Assembly: GCA_951406725.2 (NCBI GenBank)
Contig: OX597821.1
Location: 24,180,001-24,244,000, forward strand
Direction: 5' to 3'
Length of the DNA: 64,000 nt
Source: Octopus vulgaris
Taxonomy: Eukaryota
Shown: one piece after another, positions 54,130 to 64,000 of the stretch
Position numbering within the stretch: the stretch's first letter is position 1
How the letters are laid out: each line of letters opens with the position of its first letter
Notes under the pieces: model-generated
The model's database searches: none
The model's input: only the letters and a program-made list of their open reading frames with translations
Told to the model about the DNA's origin: nothing
Position numbers and translations under genes: made by a program

Positions 54130-54576
54130 ATATATGTGTATGTGTGTGTGTGTATGTGTGTGTGTGTATTAGACATTATCACTTAACGAATACGAATCGG
54201 TAGGCTGTCAATGGCATGGTAGAGACTACTCTCTCAGAACACCTGAGAGTCACGGAAAAGGCGAACTATTTTAACCCCCAGTTTTATCTATGAGTGATGG
54301 ACATTGATGTTTCGCCATACACGAAGTATATACGTTAATTATATCTGGTTGATAGTATTTATTACACTAGTGTTGCTTCTCAACCACCGCTTTTCCGAAT
54401 GTCCTGAAGAAGGAGACTTCACCCCGAAATATGTCCAGAAATACAACATTGTACTGTTTTCTTTTCAATTTGTAGTTTACTTTGTACCTTCTCCCATTGT
54501 TCCGGCTTTACACAGCTACATTCTTTATACACACACACACTCACCTGTATGAGGAAGGGACATATATATATATATG

Positions 54577-54905
54577 CAGGCGCAATGGCCTAGTGGTTAG
54601 GGCAGCGGACTCGCGATCGGAGGATCGCGGTTTCGATTCCCAGACCGGGCGTTTTGTTTGTTTATTGAGCGAAAGCATCTAAAGCTCCACGAGGCTCCGG
54701 CAGGGGGGTGGCTGGTGGCGACCAGCTGTTGTACTCTTTCGCCCCAACTTTCTCTCACTCTTTCTTCCTGTTTCTTGAGTACCGCTGCGATGGACTGACG
54801 TCCAGTCCAGCTCGGGGGAACACATACGCCATAGAAACCGGGAAACCGGGCCCATAAGCTTGGCTAGGCTTGAAAATGAGGCATAAACAAATAAATAAAT
54901 AAATA
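54577..54905 (+). mobile_element. tRNA-derived SINE family D
   Basis: GGCGCAATGGCCTAGTGGTTAGGGCAGCGGACTCGCG...GTTTCGATTCC head and (TAAA)n tail. The same head occurs at 51857-51930, with a tail shared with 49040-49095. Confidence 0.75.
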
Positions 54906-55813
54906 AATATGTATAATTTTAACCATAATAACACGAGGATGGAAATTCGTAGGCTTTAATTATGCATGACAACATGTTTCTACATCACACACCGTCATTA
55001 GATTGCAATTTTTCATATTCATATAAAATCCTTTACGATTACTCTCAATAATTATGTATTTGAATACATTTTTAGATCTATTTCCAGGGTGGGATGCTTC
55101 ACGTGTGTTGTGTGTGTGTGTGTGTGTGGGGCGTGTGTGCGCGCGAGCGTGCATTTTTGTCGCCATCTCACTGCAACAGTTCGGCAAAAGAGTGCAATAA
55201 AATAAGTACCAGAATTACAAGTGGTTAGTGCTGGGGTTGATTTATCCGACTAAAACATTTCGAAGCGGCGCCCCAGCATGGCCGCAGTCTAATGACCGCA
55301 ACAAATAAAAGATAAAAGGTGAATATGTATCTGGAATACTCAGCTACTTCAGTTGATCGAACAACTGAATCCTCATCGTCGAAAGCAATAAAAAAAAAAA
55401 ACCCAGCGCACACACACAAGCACATACACACACATATACACACACACACACGTATGTATGTATGAATGTATATATGGTGGTACTTGTATTTTTAAAAACT
55501 ATCCAATCGGTTTCTTTTGCCGAACTGCTAAGTTAGGGACGTAAACTCATCAACAGTAATTATCAAGTGGTTGGAGACAAGCACATACACAGCCACACGC
55601 ATACTGATCTCCCTTCCTCCCTTCCCCGTTCTTTCTTTCTTTCACTTTTTCTTTCTCTCTCTCTGTGTATATACATACATATGATATATAGGATATATGG
55701 TGTATATATATATATATATATTTCCCTTCCGGTCTTTCAAAATATGACCTCGTGTGTACCGTTGGCGATTTTTTTCCTCTGTCTTCCCTTCTCTGGATCT
55801 TCCCTTCTCCTAT

Positions 55814-55848
55814 GTTTCCGACGAAGAGCTCCGCTCGAAACGTCAAAC
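55814..55848 (+). ncRNA. Minimal hammerhead-like motif, variant core CCGACGA
   Basis: GTTT CCGACGA a GAGC tcc GCTC GAAA CG TC AAAC. Lies in a 55720-55945 cassette flanked by (TA)n. The tail (TTTCCTGAGCG...) resembles the PLE tail at 36030. Confidence 0.65.
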
Positions 55849-55990
55849 TCTCCTTCTTTCCTGAGCGTCCAATAATACTATATTTGTTCCACGTCCTCGC
55901 GTTGTTGTGTTTTTTTTGTGTTTTCTTGTTTGGATTAACTTTATATATATATATCAACGACAAAAGCAGTATTAATATTCAGAGGTAATC

Positions 55991-56371
55991 TTGATCGCCA
56001 GCTTAACGCGGAGGTTGTGCTAGAATACAGAATACTGCGTCATCTACTTCGAGAGAATCTCTCGCCAGGACTCGTGGTGCGTAAAAAGCACCACTGGCTA
56101 TTTGCGACACCAGTGCCTGAATAGACACACGGATTCTATATATCGTCAACGAGAGTTTTGGTTGTTATCGTGCTAGGGGAGGTCTGTCACTGAGGAACCC
56201 ATAGCAGGATGAAATCACCTGATCTGGATGTTACAGCGGCTGTAGCAGGCGATTGTTCTCTGTCAGCTATATAAATAAAAATGCCTTTTATGCATTATGA
56301 GAGATCCTCTCAAGGCAAATAAGGCAATATGCTCTATTTTAACACAGCCACCACGTTAAGCTGAAGATCAA
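55991..56371. mobile_element. Unclassified ~380-bp element with imperfect ~75-bp inverted arms
   Basis: TTGATCGCCAGCTTAACGCGGAGGTTGTG versus reverse complement TTGATCTTCAGCTTAACGTGGTGGCTGTG. Similarity continues to GAGAG.ATCTCTC. Confidence 0.55.
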
Positions 56372-56771
56372 AAGTGCCGACGATGGTTTAGCTGGCCGAA
56401 ACTTCGAAGTCACTGCCAACGATATTCTTGTTTAAGAACAAACTTGGACGCTACAAAAGTATAGAAGAAACATTTAGATTAATGTGAATTGTTTTTATTT
56501 TAACTAAACATTTAAGGCGGTGAGCTGGCAAAATCGTTAGCACGCCGAGCGAAATGCTTAGCGGTATATCGTCCGTCTTTACGTTCTGAGTTCAAATTTC
56601 GAAGAGGTCAACTTTGCCTTTTATCCTTTCGGGGTCGATAAAATAAGTACCAGTCGAGCTCTAGGGTCTACGTAATTTATTAGCCCCTTCCCCTCAAAAT
56701 TCAGGCCTTGTGCCTATAACAGTAAATATTATAACCAGATATTAACACATGCATACGTACGCGTACGCGCG

Positions 56772-56806
<35 letters not shown>

Positions 56807-56973
56807 GGTGGACTTCTTTCAGTTTCCCTCTAGAAATTCAATCAAGAGGCTTTGGGCTTTGGTTGGCCCGAGGCTATAATAGAAGACCTTTGCTCAAGGT
56901 GGGACTGAAGCCGAAACCATATGGTTTGGAAGGAAAGAAAGCAAACTTATTTCCACACAGCCACGCCTGCGCT

Positions 56974-57038
<65 letters not shown>

Positions 57039-57077
57039 CTGTATGCATACATGCGTATTCATAAACACTCATATATA

Positions 57078-57256
57078 ACCTTCGAAACTCAGAGTAGATG
57101 AAACAGAGGCGATTGAAGAAGGGGAATTTTCCTTGTGTTGTATGTCCTGTACTCTATTTTTTCGTTGTTTAAAAAAATGTCCATTCCCTTGGTTTTGTGT
57201 TTATGTTTTCGTTTCTCATTGTGTTTGACGTCTTTTTGGTGTCCTGTTCCCATATA
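57078..57256 (+). mobile_element. PLE 3' tail fragment starting in an HHR 3' half
   Basis: CCTTC GAAA CTCAGAG TA followed by a T-rich tail ending GTCCTGTTCCCA(TA). A related tail lies on the minus strand at 28861-28945. Confidence 0.6.
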
Positions 57257-57312
57257 TGCATGTATATATACATGTAGAGGTAGGTACGTACATATATGTA
57301 TGTATATATGCA

Positions 57313-57373
<61 letters not shown>

Positions 57374-57684
57374 CATACATGTGTATTCATAAACACTCAT
57401 ATATGATAAGACTACCACAAGGTCACTTGAACCCGTATCGCGACAGCGTTCTTTGGCGATTTTACAACGTGGTTTCGTGATGCTGATTACAACTGTAGGG
57501 CAAACATTATACAGCCTGCTTTACTAATATATGTATTTCGGTGTGTATATACCTAGTTGCTAGACTGTTTCACAATCTGCTTGTCGTTGTTATATAATAC
57601 TGCAACACAAAACGCCGTAATTGGATCGGCTTTTCTTTCAGTTTGTATTCTATCAGCTTACTTGCTCACAATCCTTTATAGTCT

Positions 57685-58910
<1,226 letters not shown>

Positions 58911-59248
58911 GTCTAATATATACATATGTATACATCTTCTCATATATATTTTCTTATATTTTTTAATTCTTTATTGCCCTCAAGGGGCTAAACATAGAGT
59001 GGACAAACAAGGACAGGCAAACGGATTAAGTCGATTATATCGACCCCAGTGCGTAACTGGTACTTATTTAATCGACCCCGAAACGATGAAAGGCAAAGTC
59101 GACCTCGGCGGAATTTGAACTCAGAACGTAGCGGCAGACGAAATACCTATTTCTTTACTGCCCACAAACATGCTCATATATAGAAGGCGGGAAAGATATG
59201 CAGTGATATGCATCTGGAAAATCCTAGAACTTGTACCAAACACACACA

Positions 59249-59301
<53 letters not shown>

Positions 59302-60280
59302 TTAGGTACGTATTTCTGGATATCATCGTCATTGGTTATCGGTTCCTAACGTGCCAACTGCTTTTCGAAGAATGAGTTTCTGTAACTGAGTGCAGAGCAA
59401 ACATGACAAAACACTGCTTCCAGAGAACACTGGTATCTTGGTTCAAATGTTAATGTTTAGATATTCGTCAAATTACACTGACAAAGGATACATACGTACA
59501 TGTAGACATTCATGGATTCGTATTTGTACAAATAATTATTGGTGCAATTAGCTATATTAGTAAATTGATAGTCCCATGAAGCTACGCTTTTCTAGCTGAC
59601 AAATACGTTACAAATACATAAACAGAAATATAGATATGTGCAAGATTTTCTAATGTTCAACATATTGTAACTATCGTCTCTTATATGTACGCGTGTACTT
59701 ACATGTATAGTATATTTAGGTGTTTCAATAGCTTTATTTTTACTGAGTTTCCGGTGAAATCTTATCGTATTCTTTGTTAAATTTATCTTCTAAATTCATT
59801 AAGGATGTTTGTTTATGAAGGACATGTCTATGTGCGTACGAGGTATTTGTAAACCTCTTTTAATCACTGGGTTTATTTCTTTAAATTCATTGAAGATGTT
59901 TTATTTGTTTGCAGGGTATGTATCTGTGTATTTTGGTCAAGTTTTGCACACGCATTTGGACTCAATTTACAAAAAAATTCTTTGTAATGAGGTGTGTTTC
60001 AACGTTTCATTTCACGTTATTGCAATTTTGGATATTTCCCCCCGTTTTGTGTTCAAAATCAATTCTTGAAGATGAATTTGTTTCCGTACCTGCAGCGTGA
60101 CATAATCTCAATTTACTTCTTTAGTGCGTATTTAAAATGATTATGTAGTATCTTTAGTTACATTTGCAAATGGGTAGCTTCTGAAAAGTGAAGTATTTTC
60201 AAATTTCTCAATACTTCGAACGAGTCAAAACTAATGTGTGCGCCCGCCCGCACACGCACACACACGCACACATACACACA

Positions 60281-60329
<49 letters not shown>

Positions 60330-61169
60330 GCACACGCACACACGCACGCATAACCCCCCCCCCCCCACACAACAATACAAGCAAAACATTCTAGACTAAA
60401 TACAAAAGCACTCACTACTACACGAAGACCATTGCTTACTTCCTTCTAATCCAGAACCGTAACTTCAGAATAAGAGATGTAGGATATTATGTTACTGGCT
60501 TCCTAGCACATAAATAAAGACCGGGACAGTCACGGTAGGAATCCCCCTGATAATATAGGTCTACTCAATCAGAGCTGATCTGGGGTTAAGCAGAAACAAA
60601 CAAGAACAACAACTCTTTGTAATTCCCTTCTCCGCCTTCTCCCCATATATTAGTTTCATCTTTTGACAACTTCCTGAAGTTTTGACCGAACAATAACTAA
60701 CATATTTACCATCCTGGTTTGAACAATATAGGTCATGTCCGCCTTTGGTATATAATATAGACATAAAGTAATACAAATGTATCGCTCCCAATTAGACAAG
60801 TGGCTAAATATTCTTTTCTACTCTAGGCACACGGACCAAAATTTTGAAGGAGGAGGCCAGTCGATTAAGTACGCAACTGGTACTTAATTTATCGACCCGA
60901 AAGGATGAAAGGCATAGTCGACTTCGGCGGAATTTGAAGTTAGAGCGTAAAGACAGACGAAATACCGCTAAGGATTTTGCCCAGCATTCTAACGTTTCTT
61001 ATTTCTTTATTGCCCAATAATTAAATACTTTAAAATTAAATAAAAGAAATACACAAAGCTATTACAAGTCATTAAATTGTAATCAGAATAAGAAATGTTT
61101 CAAATATAGACAAAGTATTATTTTATTTTTCAATTATGTATATTTAGAATTTTCATATACATATATATT

Positions 61170-61277
<108 letters not shown>

Positions 61278-61345
61278 CATATATACGTATGTATATATTA
61301 AAGTATATTTATTAATTAACTATTTTACTGTTCTATTATATTTTT

Positions 61346-61432
61346 AACCTGATGAGCGACTATATTTATATGTAAGTGATTTCTCTACTACTATAATCAT
61401 TTCTTAAATATACCAGCGAAACACGTGTCGTT
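61346..61432 (+). ncRNA. Type-I hammerhead ribozyme with long stem II
   Basis: AAC CTGATGA GC..TATATTTA..AAGTGATT...AATCATTT..TAAATATA..GC GAAA CACGTG TC GTT. GUC triplet. Lies in an AT-rich cassette between (TA)n tracts. Confidence 0.8.
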
Positions 61433-61571
61433 TTTCTACCTATTATATACAATATATTATTTTTGTGTTTAACTTAATCTTTACTTTTTTAATTGTTATT
61501 TTAATTTTAACTTTTCTATTTAAGGTTGTACTGGGTTACATGCTACCAGTAGCAGTCGAAAGTGACCTGAC

Positions 61572-61625
<54 letters not shown>

Positions 61626-61809
61626 GATGTATACACACACACACATAAAATATATATATATATATAACGAGATCACACACAATAAACATCACACACTGTT
61701 GCCGTAATAACGAATGCTAAAGCATGCAGAGTGAAGCCGCTTAGCACAGACTGACCTTGAACTCTGCTGTTAATGCGCACTAAGTTTTAACCATTAACTC
61801 ACTTCTGCT

Positions 61810-62290
61810 GTTTACAACTGAGAAAAACATCGCAGATGTGCGTGTAGCTGTGAAGGGGGAAATCTTTGAATCACCATCCATGAGTTATCAGAGGATGTGC
61901 GGATTAGTTACGCTTCAGTTCAGTCCATTATTACTGAAGATTTGAGTGTGAGACGCGTGTCTGCCAAGTTTTACCAAAACTGCTGTCAGCTGACCAAAAA
62001 GACACTCGGGTTTCAGTTGCACAGGATCTCCTTGATTGGTTCAAGAACAACGAAAACTTTTTGAAAACTATGTGTAGGCCTCTGAGCTGGTATCGCCAAG
62101 TTTTTGGCAAAATTTGATGCCGATTCTCTGCTCAACTTTCTCTGTCATGATGAATGCGACGACTACACGCTACACACCTTCCTTCCAAGCACTGCTGTAA
62201 ACAGTGGAAGTGAGCTAGAACGTTAAAAACTTAGTACGCATGCCCGGCAGAGTACAAGGTGCCAAACGGCTTTTATCTGCATGCTTTAGT
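61810..62290. mobile_element. Rearranged mariner remnant (internal part on +, N-terminus on -)
   Basis: Plus strand: ITIHELSEDVRISYASVQSIITEDLSVRRVSAKF/PKLLSADQK...NFLKT. Minus strand ~62075-62148: MTEKVEQRIGIKFCQKLGDTSSEAY. Confidence 0.8.
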
Positions 62291-62333
62291 TTCGTTACTA
62301 TGGCAACAATTCAGATATTTATTGATAAGACTT

Positions 62334-62374
<41 letters not shown>

Positions 62375-62397
62375 ATATGTATATATATATATTTATG

Positions 62398-62459
<62 letters not shown>

Positions 62460-63225
62460 TATACATATGCGTCGGTGTCTGTCTCTTTCTCTTTATATAC
62501 ATATAAGGTATGTGTATGTATTCTTAGAGCGTATTGTGACTTGTAGCTTATATAAATAGTGTGTATATAACGATATAATAACACCGGTGAAGCAATGATT
62601 AATAGATCGCAAAATTATAATCTTTTTTACATAACCAGTTGAACGGAAAATTATCTTGCTTACATAATCAGTCATATTAGAAGTCATTTGAAACGAACCA
62701 GCAACCGCAGAATCAGACACTGGGAATAATATCTATGGTGAAACATCTGTGCTCTTATATGTAATCTTATGTACTTTCATATTTGTCGTCTTAAATCTAT
62801 GAGTTTATATCGGCACTCTTTCACAAGTCTTACCCGAGATTTTACGTATCATGTTACTCGTGAACTTAACTATTGTTTTTTACCTGTATAATTAACATGC
62901 TATAATTTCTCGTTTGACAATTGCCGTCTTACCTATTGCCCTATCGTAGTCTTCATTCCTCATTTCGTATATCTGTGGTATGAAAGCCGTGGTCTTACAA
63001 CCATGCTGTTAGTTATGATCTTACTCGTCTTCGTAGTGTAGTTATACCTGTTTCACACACCTGTTCTACTAAACCAGTGATCTTAAATCCGAACAAATAC
63101 CTGTGGTTTTATGTCTGTGCTTTTACACATATGATCTTACTCGTTATCTTAGTATTAGATCTATATTCTTATACTCATGCTGATACGTGTAGTATTATGC
63201 ATGTTTTCTTATAACTGTAATCTTT

Positions 63226-63320
63226 TGGGCTTCATCTTTATCATAAAGTTTGAGGTCATCCACAAATAACAAATGGTTAACATTTTGTTGGCGGCTTGTG
63301 AATACATACCCAGCTTTTGA
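63226..63320 (-). pseudogene. Non-LTR RT fragment (R4/NeSL/Hero-like)
   Basis: AGYVFTSRQQNVNHLLFVDDLKLY. Confidence 0.7.
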
Positions 63321-64000
63321 GCAATAAAATACTTTGCAGCATTTTTCAGCTCATTTCATTGAGTTCAAATCCTGCCGAGGTCAACTTCGCCTTTCATTCT
63401 TTTGGTATCAATAACATAAAGTACAAGTTGGTATGGTCGACTTAATGAATTAGCACCCATTCCCTAAAATTGTGGCCTTGTACCCAAATTTGAAATTATA
63501 GTCTCATGAGCGTCTAGTTGAATGACAGCAATGGCTGAATGGAACAAGGCCATACTGTTTCATTCAATCATTTCTGATGATAGCTGGATTTGTTTCTCCA
63601 TTTCTGGCATGAAACTATTTGGTAAATTGGCTGTCATGAAACAACAATGTTATATGAATGAAAACAAAATGTTTAGTGTTGTATATATTTAGTTAAATAA
63701 CCATTAGTTGACAACCGTTTAGACTAGTATGTGTTTACTTTTATATACGTTGAGTTGAATATCTGTTTAGCTTAGTATCTCTTGATTTGTGCATCTGCTT
63801 AAGTATCTCTTTAGTTTTAGTGTCTGTTTTGTATATATGTTCAGTTAAAAATGTGTCTTGTTAGTAACTGTTAAGTGAATATATGTTCAGTTTAATACGT
63901 ATTTAGATGAGTATCTCTTCAGCTTAATTTTGTATGTTTATTTTAATAACTTAACATTTCAGTTTCTCATTTGTATGTTTTTAGTGAAATGCTTGTTTAA

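Noticed and set aside
54404-54440. CTGAAGA AGGAG...CCCC GAAA TATGTC
   Set aside because: HHR-like, but stems I and III do not close convincingly. The same applies to minus-strand CTGATGA hits at ~6502 and ~39235.

Overview
Eukaryotic, AT-rich, repeat-saturated DNA. The SINE families and microsatellite load suggest an octopus genome (pattern recognition, not a database result). No host protein-coding gene, rRNA, genuine tRNA or CRISPR array is supportable. Almost all ORF-track entries are microsatellite or SINE translations. The dominant feature is a near-intact, apparently young Neptune-type Penelope-like retroelement (PLE) at ~30617-36120. It has ~1 kb direct pseudo-LTRs, an RT plus C-terminal GIY-YIG ORF broken at a C homopolymer, and a variant hammerhead ribozyme (HHR) in each pLTR. 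Also present: three mariner remnants, a decayed hAT transposase, an hAT MITE, CR1-/RTE-/R4-like LINE fragments, Helitron-like elements and about 30 tRNA-derived SINEs. The most interesting signal is a dispersed set of more than 10 minimal type-I HHR motifs (CUGANGA...GAAA-palindrome-UH) from several sequence families. They sit mostly in short AT-rich cassettes next to (TA)n tracts. At least four cassettes are fold-back hairpins whose symmetry centre lies inside the ribozyme. All coordinates and pairings were read by eye and are approximate; ribozyme activity is inferred, not shown.
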